Assembly (NCBI GenBank): GCA_965242855.1
Contig: OZ251509.1
Coordinates: 2,753,533-2,817,532 of the forward strand
Reading direction: 5' to 3'
Origin: Alphaproteobacteria bacterium
GTDB taxonomy: Bacteria > Pseudomonadota > Alphaproteobacteria > UBA828
Length of the DNA: 64,000 bases
Shown here: positions 47,630 through 56,458 of the stretch, in pieces
Position numbering within the stretch: the first letter of the stretch is position 1
Layout of the letters: every line of letters begins with the position of its first letter
Position numbers and translations under genes: made by a program
The notes under the pieces: model-generated
What the model saw: only the letters and a program-made list of their open reading frames with translations
What the model was told of the DNA's origin: nothing
Database searches by the model: none

Positions 47630-48363
47630 GGCGCGGATCGGGCGGCCAGGAGCGCGAGGGCGCGCGCCGGGTCGATACGGCCGTCGTAGAGCGCGCGGCC
47701 GCAGATCACGCCGGCGATGCCGTCGGCCTCGCGGGCCTTGACGGCGGCCAGATCGGCGTAGGACGCGACGCCGCCCGACGCGATGACCGGGATCGAGACC
47801 GCGCGCGCCAGCGCCGCGGCCGCGGCCGCGTCGATGCCTCCGAGCACGCCGTCGCGGGCGATGTCCGTGTGGACGATCGCGGCGCAGCCCGCGTCCTCGA
47901 AGCGCCGCGCCAGGGCCGGCGCGTCGATCCCGGTCGTCTCGGCCCAGCCTTCGATCGCGACGCGACCGTCGCGCGCGTCGATGGCGACCGCCACCCGTCC
48001 GGGAAACGCCCGGCACGCCGCGCGCACGAGGGACGGGTCCCGCACGGCCGCGGTGCCGAGCACCACCCGGCGCACGCCGCGGGCGAGCCACGCCTCGACG
48101 GTGCCCATGTCGCGGATGCCGCCGCCGAGCTGGACCGGGACGTCCACCGAATCGAGGATCGCGTCGACCGCGCCGCCGTTGACGGGTCGCCCCGCGAAGG
48201 CGCCGTCGAGATCGACGACGTGAAGCCAGGCGACCCCCGCCGCCGCGAAGGCGCGCGCCTGTGCCGCCGGATCGTCGGAGAAGACGGTGGCCCGCGCCAT
48301 GTCCCCCTGCGCGAGCCGCACGCAGAGGCCGTCCTTGAGGTCGATGGCGGGCAGCAGGATCAC
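47623..48363 (-). CDS. hisA: Phosphoribosylformimino-5-aminoimidazole carboxamide ribotide isomerase
   Basis: [37 protein letters not shown]. Confidence 0.96.
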   Translation of the reverse strand: MILLPAIDLKDGLCVRLAQGDMARATVFSDDPAAQARAFAAAGVAWLHVVDLDGAFAGRPVNGGAVDAILDSVDVPVQLGGGIRDMGTVEAWLARGVRRVVLGTAAVRDPSLVRAACRAFPGRVAVAIDARDGRVAIEGWAETTGIDAPALARRFEDAGCAAIVHTDIARDGVLGGIDAAAAAALARAVSIPVIASGGVASYADLAAVKAREADGIAGVICGRALYDGRIDPARALALLAARSAPC

Positions 48364-48430
48364 GGCCGGTCCGGGCGTTCCGCCGGCGCCGCGCAGCGCC
48401 GGCCCGGCCGGCGCGTCGGCATCGCGCGGC

Positions 48431-48985
48431 TCATGGCGAGGCAGGCTCCGGCAGGTCCTTGCAATAGTAGTGCCCGGCGATCGTCTTGCCGTCGACGAAG
48501 GCGTATTTGGGGTGCGTCCCCCAGCGCACGAAGCCGAGCGATTCATAGAGCCGGATCGCCGCGTCCTGGGTCTCGCGGACGCTCAGGTTCACGACCTTGA
48601 AGCCGCGCGCGACCGCCTCGGCCTCGGCCGCCTCGAGCAGCGCCCGCGCGAGGCCGTGTCCGCGCGCCCAGGGCGCCACGAAGTGGGTGTCGATGAGGCA
48701 GGCGAGGCGCCACGCCTCCTTCTGCGGCGGCGCCGAGACGAGCTGCACCGAGCCCGCGACCACGCGGTCCAGCCGCCCGACGAAGAGGAGCCGCTCCGGC
48801 ACCACCGTCACGCCGCGCCAGTAGCGCTCGAAGGCGGTGGATTGCGGCGGGCGGATCCAGCCGAACCCGGCGCCGTCGTTGATCGCGCCGGCCGCCGCGT
48901 CGCACAGCTCGGCGAGATCGCGCTTGCCCAGCCGTTCGACCATGGCGATCTCGATCCGGGGCGCCGCCGGAGAAGCCCCGTTCAT
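48431..48985 (-). CDS. GNAT family N-acetyltransferase within the his operon
   Basis: [12 protein letters not shown] acetyl-CoA motif, [10 protein letters not shown]; ATGA overlap with hisH. Confidence 0.9.
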   Translation of the reverse strand: MNGASPAAPRIEIAMVERLGKRDLAELCDAAAGAINDGAGFGWIRPPQSTAFERYWRGVTVVPERLLFVGRLDRVVAGSVQLVSAPPQKEAWRLACLIDTHFVAPWARGHGLARALLEAAEAEAVARGFKVVNLSVRETQDAAIRLYESLGFVRWGTHPKYAFVDGKTIAGHYYCKDLPEPASP

Positions 48986-49626
48986 GGACGCCAACGCAGG
49001 AAGTTCCCGATCACCGTCAGGCCGACCGCCTGGCTCTTTTCGGGATGGAACTGCGTGCCGATCAGGTTGTCGCGGCCGGCGACCGCGGTCACCGGCCCGC
49101 CGTAATCCACGGTCGCCAGCACCTCGCCGGCGCGGCGGCAGGAGAGGCCGTAGCCGTGCACGAAATAGGCGTGGGCGCCGCGCGTCAGGCCGCGCAGCAC
49201 CGGGTGGCCGCCGGGGGCGATCTCGAGATCGTTCCAGCCCATGTGGGGGACCTTCAGCGCCGGATCGGCGGGCGTGAGCGCCGCGACCTCGCCGTCGATC
49301 CAGCCGAGCCCCTCATGGGCGCCGTGCTCGCGCCCGACGCGCGCCATCAGCTGCATCCCGACGCAGATCCCGAGGAAGGGGACGCCGCCGCGCAGCACGG
49401 CCTCCTCGAGGGCCTCGATCATGCCGTCGCGGGCGGCGAGGCCCGCCTTGCAATCGGCGAAGGCGCCGACCCCGGGGAGGACGATTCGTTCCGCCTTGCG
49501 CACCGTCTCCGGATCGTCCGTCACCAGCACCGACGGCGCGGGCGCGGCATCGGCCGCCGCGTGCGTGAAGGCCTTCGCGGCGGAGCGCAGATTGCCGGAG
49601 CCGTAATCGATGATGGCGACGGTCAT
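48982..49626 (-). CDS. hisH: Imidazole glycerol phosphate synthase glutaminase subunit
   Basis: [33 protein letters not shown]. Confidence 0.97.
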   Translation of the reverse strand: MTVAIIDYGSGNLRSAAKAFTHAAADAAPAPSVLVTDDPETVRKAERIVLPGVGAFADCKAGLAARDGMIEALEEAVLRGGVPFLGICVGMQLMARVGREHGAHEGLGWIDGEVAALTPADPALKVPHMGWNDLEIAPGGHPVLRGLTRGAHAYFVHGYGLSCRRAGEVLATVDYGGPVTAVAGRDNLIGTQFHPEKSQAVGLTVIGNFLRWRP

Positions 49627-49632
49627 GGCCCA

Positions 49633-50100
49633 TCACGTCCAGAATCCCGGGCCGAGCCCGCCCGCCGGGCGCGCGGCCGTCGTCGGCCGCGCCGGCGCCG
49701 GATCGGGCGTCCGCTCCGCGGCCTCGGCGTAGCGGATGAGCGCGCCCGCCCGGTCCGGCGCGGCGACCACCTCCACTATGCGGTAGCCGCGCGCCGCCAG
49801 CCCGGCGCGGCGCCAGTCGTTGGCCGACAGGCCGACGAGCACGCCGTAGCCGAGGCCCAGCACCGCGGGCCAGACGGGGCCCAGGCCCAGCACCGACGGC
49901 ACGGCGATCAGCGCCGCCGGCGCGGCGATCAGCGGAATCGCCGCCAGCCACAGACCCTCCGCGAGCGCCCAGAACGGCGCGAAGAAGAAGGCCGTCCAGT
50001 TGAAGCCTTCCCGCACGAGAACCGCGCGCCCGAGGGCGGCGGCACCGGGGGCGGCGTCCTCGGTCGGCAGATGGACCGTATAGAAGCGCGCCGCGCTCAC
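49633..50100 (-). CDS. DUF2628-like membrane protein
   Basis: [19 protein letters not shown], two further TM segments, LAARGY; located between hisB and hisH. Confidence 0.75.
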   Translation of the reverse strand: MSAARFYTVHLPTEDAAPGAAALGRAVLVREGFNWTAFFFAPFWALAEGLWLAAIPLIAAPAALIAVPSVLGLGPVWPAVLGLGYGVLVGLSANDWRRAGLAARGYRIVEVVAAPDRAGALIRYAEAAERTPDPAPARPTTAARPAGGLGPGFWT

Positions 50101-50711
50101 CGTCGCGGGCCGCCGAGCACGCCCTTGGTCGAGGGGATCTCGCCGGCCATGCGCGGGTCGGTCTCGATCGCCTGCCGCAGGGCGCGCGCGAGGCCCTTGT
50201 AGCAGGCCTCGATCATGTGGTGGCTGTTCTCGCCGTAGAGCAGTTCGACGTGGAGCGTCAGCCCGGCCGTTTGCGCGAAGGCCTGGAACCATTCCTTGAA
50301 GTGCTCGGTGTCCATGCCGTCGATCCGCGGTTTCGCGAAGCGGACGCGCCAGACCAGATAGGGCCTGTCGCTCGCGTCCAGCGCGACTCGCGCGCACGCC
50401 TCGTCCATCGGGATCGTGGCGCTTCCATAGCGCCGGATGCCGCGCCGCTCGCCCAGCGCCCGGCTCACGGCTTCGCCGAGGGCGAGGCCGGTGTCCTCCA
50501 CGGTGTGGTGCAGCGTCACCTCGAGGTCGCCCTTCGCCGTGCACTCGATGTCGATCAGGCTGTGGCGGGAAAGCTGTTCGAGCATGTGGTCGAGGAAGCC
50601 GATCCCGGTCGCGATTCGCGCGCGCCCGCGGCCGTCGAGATCGACCGTGACGGCAACGCTCGTCTCCTTCGTCGCCCGCTCGACGCGGGCCGTGCGCGCG
50701 GCCTGTTTCAT
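50097..50711 (-). CDS. hisB: Imidazoleglycerol-phosphate dehydratase
   Basis: [38 protein letters not shown]. Confidence 0.97.
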   Translation of the reverse strand: MKQAARTARVERATKETSVAVTVDLDGRGRARIATGIGFLDHMLEQLSRHSLIDIECTAKGDLEVTLHHTVEDTGLALGEAVSRALGERRGIRRYGSATIPMDEACARVALDASDRPYLVWRVRFAKPRIDGMDTEHFKEWFQAFAQTAGLTLHVELLYGENSHHMIEACYKGLARALRQAIETDPRMAGEIPSTKGVLGGPRR

Positions 50712-50737
50712 GTCGCGATCAGGCAGCCGGGGAAGGC

Positions 50738-51112
50738 CTATTCCGCCGCGTTCGGGCGCCCGATGCCGATCGCCTGGCTCAGGACCTCGATCATGCCCTC
50801 GACCCGCGCCATGCGTTGCCCGAGCGCTCCCACGTGCTCACCCAGATCCGCCTCGACCCTGCCGAGCTCCGCCTTGAGTCCGGTCAGCTCCGTTTTGACC
50901 CTGCCGAGCTCCGCCTTGAGTCCGATCAGCTCCGTTTCGAGCCTGCCCATGCGCTCGCTCATATCGGTTTCGAGCTTGCTCATGCGCTCGCCGAGCGCGG
51001 CGATGTCGCGCCGTAGCTGGCCGTTGTCGGCCCGCATCCAGGCGAAGAGGCTGACCATGACGCCGAGCAGGGCGGCGCCGACAGCCAGGATGCCGATCAG
51101 ATCAGCGCTCAT
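50738..51112 (-). CDS. Hypothetical membrane-anchored coiled-coil protein
   Basis: N-terminal TM helix ([21 protein letters not shown]) followed by heptad repeats; GAGG RBS; internal 42-nt duplication. Confidence 0.75.
   Translation of the reverse strand: MSADLIGILAVGAALLGVMVSLFAWMRADNGQLRRDIAALGERMSKLETDMSERMGRLETELIGLKAELGRVKTELTGLKAELGRVEADLGEHVGALGQRMARVEGMIEVLSQAIGIGRPNAAE
50855..50938. repeat. 42-nt tandem duplication (40/42 identical) inside the coiled-coil gene
   Basis: 50855-50896 versus 50897-50938, encoding TEL(I/T)GLKAELGRV twice. Confidence 0.9.
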
Positions 51113-51190
51113 CCCTCAACCCGCTCGGGCTTTTCCCGGAGTCGCGTCCCGGGCGCCATGCCCGGGTCCTCACTATAGCATCGAGGCGTG

Positions 51191-51218
51191 AAAAAGGGGG
51201 CGCGTGTGCGCCCCCTTT
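51191..51218 (-). terminator. Intrinsic terminator downstream of the porin gene
   Basis: Minus strand AAAGGGGGCGC-ACAC-GCGCCCCC-TTTTT. Confidence 0.85.
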
Positions 51219-51242
51219 GGGTTGTGTGATGTGTGTGTGGGA

Positions 51243-52385
51243 TCAGAAGGAGATGGCGGTGCCCAGCATGAACTGCGTCCAGTCGTTGGCCACCGTCATG
51301 TCGCCGCCCCCGTCGTTCTCGCCGAAGTCGATCTGCGCCTGCAGGTCGATCCCCGGACCCAGCACGTAGGTGCCGTTGACGGCGTAGCGGTTGATCTCCG
51401 TGTCCGGCCCGCTGGCCGCGCTCGTCGTTTTCTGGCCCCACTGGAGGCCGCCCGCCATCGGGCCTTCCGACCAGCGCAGGCCGAGGTCGTAGATCGTCGC
51501 GTCCTGGTTGCTGCCCTGCTCGACCTTCAGGTAGCCGCCGCCGAAGGAGATCTGGTCGAAGCTGATCGTCGCTCCCAGGTGCAGCGAGCTGGGTTCGCAG
51601 TTCATGGCCATCGAGTCGGTGCAGGGGGTGACGGGGATGGCGGCGACGGCGGGGATGGTTTCGCCCTTGAGGGTCCCGTCGTCTTCGACCTCAGTAACGC
51701 GGACGGTGGCGGGGATGGCGGCGACGGCGGGCATGCTTTCGCGCTCGTAGGTCTCATAGCCGCCCGCCACGCGGATGCTGCTGCCCTCCATGAAGGACTG
51801 CGAGAACTCCGCAGCCACCGCGATCTGGTTCTGGTATTGCCCCATGTTGGCCGAGCTGTTGTTGTCGTACTGCTGGCCGCCGTCGCTGTCGTCCGGCGCC
51901 CAACTCAGGCCGAGCCGGAAGCCGTTGAAGGTCGGCGAGAAGTACACCAGCTTCGCCGCATCCTCGTTGCCGAGGCCGTCGTCGTAGGTGGCCAGCCAGC
52001 TGCCGCTCGCGAAGGTGAAGAACGGCGAGTTGACGCCGAAGTTGTAGGCCCCGTTCGGCGCGAAGTTCGTCATCTCCTGCCGCGCGCTCTCCACCGAACC
52101 CAGGCGCAGCGTGCCGAAATCGTCCCTGAAGTACAGCCACACCTCGTCGACGGTGTTGCCGCCGCCGATGCTGGCGCCGTCGACCACCTCCATGTGCGCG
52201 CGCACGCCGACGGTGAGGCCGTTGTCCAGCGTGGTCTCGCCCGAGATGCGGATTTCGGAGTCCTGCGCGATGCCGGTGCTGTGGCGGTCAGCCTGCGGCT
52301 GCCCAGGGCCGTCGTTGCCGCTCACGTTGCCGAGGGCCGCCCGGTAGTAGCCGCCGACACTCAGCGAGATCGGCTCCTCCATCAT
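51243..52385 (-). CDS. Outer-membrane porin lacking a recognisable signal peptide (possible pseudogene or silent copy)
   Basis: ISLSVGGYY, DSEIRISGETTLDNGLTVG, FGTLRLG, KLVYFSPTFNGFRLGLSW, YVLGPGI, C-terminal ...GTAISF; no hydrophobic leader upstream. Confidence 0.85.
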   Translation of the reverse strand: MMEEPISLSVGGYYRAALGNVSGNDGPGQPQADRHSTGIAQDSEIRISGETTLDNGLTVGVRAHMEVVDGASIGGGNTVDEVWLYFRDDFGTLRLGSVESARQEMTNFAPNGAYNFGVNSPFFTFASGSWLATYDDGLGNEDAAKLVYFSPTFNGFRLGLSWAPDDSDGGQQYDNNSSANMGQYQNQIAVAAEFSQSFMEGSSIRVAGGYETYERESMPAVAAIPATVRVTEVEDDGTLKGETIPAVAAIPVTPCTDSMAMNCEPSSLHLGATISFDQISFGGGYLKVEQGSNQDATIYDLGLRWSEGPMAGGLQWGQKTTSAASGPDTEINRYAVNGTYVLGPGIDLQAQIDFGENDGGGDMTVANDWTQFMLGTAISF

Positions 52386-52425
52386 CTTCGATCGATCCCG
52401 TCGGCGGCCTTGCGCGTCCCTGCGG

Positions 52426-52460
52426 CCCCCCTCCCGGCCTCCCCCCTGCCAGGGGGGAGG
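52426..52460. repeat. GC-rich palindromic element upstream of the porin
   Basis: CCTCCCCCCTG-C-CAGGGGGGAGG perfect 11-bp arms (52438-52460), preceded by CCCCCCTCCCGG. Confidence 0.7.
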
Positions 52461-52575
52461 AGTGTCAACGGCCGCCATGACGTTCCGGTCGGGAATATCG
52501 AGGGAACCCCGCGCTCTACTGAGTGCTTTTCATGGATAAGCGGGAATCCTTTCGGGATGTACAGGGTCGATGCGG

Positions 52576-53532
52576 TCAGCGGGAAAGGCAATGGACGAGG
52601 GAGTCCGCGAGGGTGCGCATCAGGGAGAAATAGGCGTCGGCGCCGGGCTCCAGGTCCGCGCCGAGGGGATCCAGCACGGCTCTTCGGGCCTCCGTTCCCT
52701 CGACGATGGCGGCGACGACGCGCGGCGGGAATTGCGGCTCGGCGAACACGCAGCGGGCGCCGGATTCGATGATCCGCGCGCGGACCTCCGCGAGGCGCCG
52801 GGCGCTCGGCGGGCGCTCGGGGTTCACGGTGATGGCGCCCACCGCATTGGTGCCGTAACGCGCCTCGAAATAGCGGTAGGCGTCGTGGAAGACGACGTAG
52901 GGGACGGCGCGCACCGGCTCGAGCGCGGCCCGCAGCGCCCGGTCGAGCGTCTCCAGACGCGCCGCGAGCGCCGCCGCGTTGGCCCGATAGCGCGGCCCGT
53001 TGGCGGGATCGACCGCGCGCAATTCGTCCGCGACTGCGGCGGCCATGCGCGCCGCGTTGGTGGGATCGAGCCAGACGTGCCAGTCATGGGCATCGTCGTG
53101 CGCGTGGTCGTGGTGCGCATGGTCGTCGTGGTGTTCCGGCTCGTGTTCCCGGTGTTCGCGGTCGTCGGGCACGGGCGCCTGCCACGGGCCGGCGTCGCGC
53201 GGCGGCAGCAGCGTGAGGCCGGCGCGCTCCGCGAGCGCCACCGACGTGCCGGGCGCCAGCCCCTCGACCACGCGCGGGAGGAAACTTTCTATCGGCGGGC
53301 CGATCCAGAACAGCCGCTCCGCCTCGGCCACGGCGCGCGCCTCCGAGGGCTTGAGGGCATAGGCATGGGGCGAGGCCGCGCCCCGGAGCAGCAGGAACGG
53401 CGCGCCCACGCCTTCCATGACCCCGGCCACCAGCGCATGGACCGGGACGATCGAGGCGACGACGGCGGGCGCGGCGAAGGCCCCCGTCGGCAGGAAGAAA
53501 ACCGCGATCAATCCGAGCGCCGGCCACCGCAT
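52576..53532 (-). CDS. znuA: Zinc ABC transporter substrate-binding protein
   Basis: Signal peptide, SPHAYALKPS, His/Asp-rich loop, HVWLDP, VFHDAYRYF, CVFAEPQF, LDPLG; upstream Zur box. Confidence 0.92.
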   Translation of the reverse strand: MRWPALGLIAVFFLPTGAFAAPAVVASIVPVHALVAGVMEGVGAPFLLLRGAASPHAYALKPSEARAVAEAERLFWIGPPIESFLPRVVEGLAPGTSVALAERAGLTLLPPRDAGPWQAPVPDDREHREHEPEHHDDHAHHDHAHDDAHDWHVWLDPTNAARMAAAVADELRAVDPANGPRYRANAAALAARLETLDRALRAALEPVRAVPYVVFHDAYRYFEARYGTNAVGAITVNPERPPSARRLAEVRARIIESGARCVFAEPQFPPRVVAAIVEGTEARRAVLDPLGADLEPGADAYFSLMRTLADSLVHCLSR

Positions 53533-53548
53533 CGCCACCTCCTGTTTG

Positions 53549-53565
53549 GATTGTTATAACATATC
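53549..53565. promoter_or_regulatory. Zur-binding box
   Basis: GATATGTTATAACAATC on the minus strand with the perfect core palindrome TGTTATAACA, an AT-rich island about 17 nt upstream of the znuA start. Confidence 0.85.
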
Positions 53566-53714
53566 GTTCACTGCGGCGTGTCAACGGGAACGGGCGCGAT
53601 CGTCACGGCGGTATTGAGGCGCGCCGCGCCCACGGCATCGATACGGGAGAGATCGTCCGTGCCGCGGGGTGCGGCTCCGGCCGGGCCTCGGCACCCGCGG
53701 CGCGGCGGCGCGGT

Positions 53715-54017
53715 TCAGAAGCCGTGTTTCGCGGCCTCCTCGGCGTATTTGCGCTTCTGCTCGTCCGTGGCCTTGGTCTGGAAGGTCGCCTTCCACTCGG
53801 CGTAGGTCATGCCGTACACCAGCATGCGGGCCTCTTCCAGGTCCATGTCGATGCCCTTCTCCCCGGCGGCGGCGCGGTACCATTTGGAAAGGCAGTTGCG
53901 GCAGAAGCCCGCGAGGTTCATGAGGTCGATGTTCTGCACGTCCGTGCGCTTGCGCAGATGCGCGATCAGGGTGCGGAAGGCGGCGGCCTCCAGGGCCGTC
54001 CGGGTCTCGTCATCCAT
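53715..54017 (-). CDS. DUF1244 family protein
   Basis: LEAAAFR...RTDVQNIDLMNLAGFCRNCLSKWY...VYGM..EWK. Confidence 0.9.
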   Translation of the reverse strand: MDDETRTALEAAAFRTLIAHLRKRTDVQNIDLMNLAGFCRNCLSKWYRAAAGEKGIDMDLEEARMLVYGMTYAEWKATFQTKATDEQKRKYAEEAAKHGF

Positions 54018-54279
54018 GGTTCGTCTCCCGCGATTCGGCGAGCCGCGCTTCCAGCGCCGCGACCCGCTCGGCCAGCGCCTCGCCCTCGCTCCGCGCCCGC
54101 GCCGCCATCTCCTTCACGGCGTCGAACTCGTCGCGCGGCACGAGGTCCATCCCCGCCAGGAGCCGCTCGAGCCGGCGCCGGACGAGGGCATCGATCTCGC
54201 CCCTGAGGCCGCTCGCCGCGCCCATGGCACCGGCCGCGACCCGGGCGACATCGTCGAACAGGCGGCTTTCTGTCTGCAT
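54010..54279 (-). CDS. UbiK/BMFP family accessory factor
   Basis: MQTESRLFDD, MDLVPRDEFDAVKEMA, C-terminal coiled coil; start ATG 54279. Confidence 0.88.
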   Translation of the reverse strand: MQTESRLFDDVARVAAGAMGAASGLRGEIDALVRRRLERLLAGMDLVPRDEFDAVKEMAARARSEGEALAERVAALEARLAESRETNHG

Positions 54280-54370
54280 CGGCGGTCTCCGTCGGGCGGC
54301 TGGCGGCAGTATGGCACGGCCGCCGGCGCCGGCAAGGACTTCGGGGGCGGCGGACGACGGCGGGTTCGTT

Positions 54371-54967
54371 TCAGTCCGCCGTCGGGCGGTCGCGCGGGGA
54401 AAGCGCGGCGTAGAGCAGGTGGTCCCGCCACGCGCCGTCGATCCTGAGATAGTCGCGGGCACGGCCCTCGCGGCGGAAGCCGCACTTCTCCAGCAGCCGG
54501 CGGCTCGCGACATTGCCCGGCATACAGGCCGCCTCCAGGCGGTGGAGGCCCAGCCCCTCGAAGCAGTGGTCGCGGACCCCGGTCAGGGCCTCGCTCATGT
54601 AGCCGTTGCGCGCGTAGGGCCGGCCGATCCAGTAGCCGACGCTGCATGACTGCGCAGCGCCCCGCTGCACGTTGCCGAGCGTCACCCCGCCCAGCAGCGC
54701 GTCGTCCGACTTGCGCAGCAGGAAGAAGGCGTAGCCGATGCCGTCCTCGCCGTCGCGGTGCTGGCGGCGGAGGCGCCGGCGGAAGGCCGCCCTGGTCAGC
54801 GCGTCGCCGCGCCAGCGCGGCTCCCACGGCGTCAGGAAATCGCGCGAGGCCGCCCGCAGCTCCGCCCAGGCCCGCCAGTCGCCCATGCGCGGCGGGCGCA
54901 GGTAGAGCGAGCGGGTCCGCAGCGCGGCCTCGCGCCACGCCTCCCGATGGGCGCGCAAGGCCGCCAT
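54371..54967 (-). CDS. RimJ-like GNAT N-acetyltransferase
   Basis: SRDFLTPWEP, GYWIG, GLHRLEAAC, NVASRRLLEKCGF, IDGAWRDH. Confidence 0.9.
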   Translation of the reverse strand: MAALRAHREAWREAALRTRSLYLRPPRMGDWRAWAELRAASRDFLTPWEPRWRGDALTRAAFRRRLRRQHRDGEDGIGYAFFLLRKSDDALLGGVTLGNVQRGAAQSCSVGYWIGRPYARNGYMSEALTGVRDHCFEGLGLHRLEAACMPGNVASRRLLEKCGFRREGRARDYLRIDGAWRDHLLYAALSPRDRPTAD

Positions 54968-55233
54968 CAGCCGGGAGTCCGGATGCGGAAGGAGAACGTT
55001 CCCGCCCGTTCGCTCCAGCCGAGCAGCTCGAACGGCGTCGTTTCGCAGAAATGCCGGAAGTCGATCACCGAAGCCGGGTCGGTCGCGTGCACCGCGAGCG
55101 TCGTGCCCGGCGCCAAGCCCTTCAGGATCTTCCGCGCCTTGAGCACCGGCAGCGGGCAGGCCAAGCCGCGCACGTCGAGTTCCTTCACCCGCGGGCCGGC
55201 CTCGTCAGGCGAAGCGGGCGGCCGTCGCGTCAT
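54967..55233 (-). CDS. TusA/SirA family sulfurtransferase
   Basis: LDVRGLACPLPVLK, ATDP..DFRHFC. Confidence 0.9.
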   Translation of the reverse strand: MTRRPPASPDEAGPRVKELDVRGLACPLPVLKARKILKGLAPGTTLAVHATDPASVIDFRHFCETTPFELLGWSERAGTFSFRIRTPG

Positions 55234-56458
55234 GGCTCTCGAGCCCGCCGAGGGGGCCCAGCGCCGCGACCGTCGGGCGGCTTCCGCCGAGGATGCGGTC
55301 GGCGGCGCGGACCACCGCGGGGCAATCGATGGCGTCGACCCGCCCGATCATCTCGTCGATCGCGAGTGGACGGCCGAACGCCAGCATGTGGCGGCCGATC
55401 CGCTCGCAGCGCGCCTGGGTGCTCTCGAGGGACATCAGCAACCCCGCCTTGAGCTGCGCCCGCGCGCGCCCGACTTCCTCTTCCGTCACGGCCGCGCGCA
55501 CCTTCGCCATCTCGTCCGCCATCACCGGGACGAGCTCGGCGATCTCCGCCGCGCCGGTGCCGGCGTAAACGCCGAACACCCCGCCGTCGGCGTAGCTCGA
55601 GGCGAAGGTGAACACGGAATAGGCGAGGCCCCGGCGCTCCCGGACTTCCTGGAAGAGCCGCGAGGACATGCCCCCGCCCAGCAGCGTGGAGAGCACCTGG
55701 AGGGTGTAGAAATCCGGGTCGTCGTGGGCCACGCCGTCGAAGCCCAGGACCAGGTGCACCTGCTCCAGGTCGCGCTCCCGGCGGTGCGCGCCGCCGCGAT
55801 AGACCGCCGCCTCGGGTGCCGGCGGGAGGGACGCGGGAAGCGCCGTGAACGCCGCCTCGGCGCCGGCGACCAGCGCCTCGTGATCGAGCCGCCCGGCGCC
55901 GACCAGCACCATGCGCGGCGCGCCGTAATGGGCCGCCATGTAGGCGGCGAGGTCCTCCCGCCCGTAGCGGGCGACGCGCTCCGGCGGCCCCAGGATGCTG
56001 CGGCCCATGGGCTGGCCGGGATAGGCGGTTTCCTGGAAGTGGTCGAACACGAGATCGTCCGGCGTGTCGAGGACGTTCGCGATCTCCTGCATCACCACCG
56101 CGCGTTCGCGGGCGAGCTCCGCCGGGTCGAACGCCGAGTGCTGCACGATGTCGGCGAGGATGTCGAGCGCGAGCGGCACGTCGTCCTTCATCACCTTGGC
56201 GTAATAGGCGGTGCTCTCCCGCGAGGTGTAGGCGTTGAGATGGCCGCCGACCGCCTCGATCTCCTCGGCGATGTCCTGGGCGCTGCGCCGCTCCGTGCCC
56301 TTGAAGGCCATGTGTTCGAGCATGTGGGAGAGGCCGTTGGTCTCGGCCGTCTCGCAGCGCGCGCCGACGCCCACCCAGAGGCCGAGCGACGCGGTCTCCA
56401 GATGGTCCATCTTGTCGCTGACCACGCGCAGGCCGTTGGCGAGAGTCGTCGTCTTCAC
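55205..56458 (-). CDS. M16 family (pitrilysin-like) metallopeptidase
   Basis: TTLANGLRV, HMLEH (HxxEH), LNAYTSRE, GGGMSSRLFQEVRE; GTGA overlap with thrC. Confidence 0.94.
   Translation of the reverse strand: MKTTTLANGLRVVSDKMDHLETASLGLWVGVGARCETAETNGLSHMLEHMAFKGTERRSAQDIAEEIEAVGGHLNAYTSRESTAYYAKVMKDDVPLALDILADIVQHSAFDPAELARERAVVMQEIANVLDTPDDLVFDHFQETAYPGQPMGRSILGPPERVARYGREDLAAYMAAHYGAPRMVLVGAGRLDHEALVAGAEAAFTALPASLPPAPEAAVYRGGAHRRERDLEQVHLVLGFDGVAHDDPDFYTLQVLSTLLGGGMSSRLFQEVRERRGLAYSVFTFASSYADGGVFGVYAGTGAAEIAELVPVMADEMAKVRAAVTEEEVGRARAQLKAGLLMSLESTQARCERIGRHMLAFGRPLAIDEMIGRVDAIDCPAVVRAADRILGGSRPTVAALGPLGGLESHDATAARFA

Noticed and set aside
46105-50100. GNAT, DUF2628-like and HIT genes inside the his operon as a novelty
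   Set aside because: Extra ORFs in these positions are a known arrangement in alphaproteobacterial his operons.
51219-51240. Short (TG)n tract after the porin stop
   Set aside because: Too short and imperfect, and it lies in a 3' UTR; no evidence of function.
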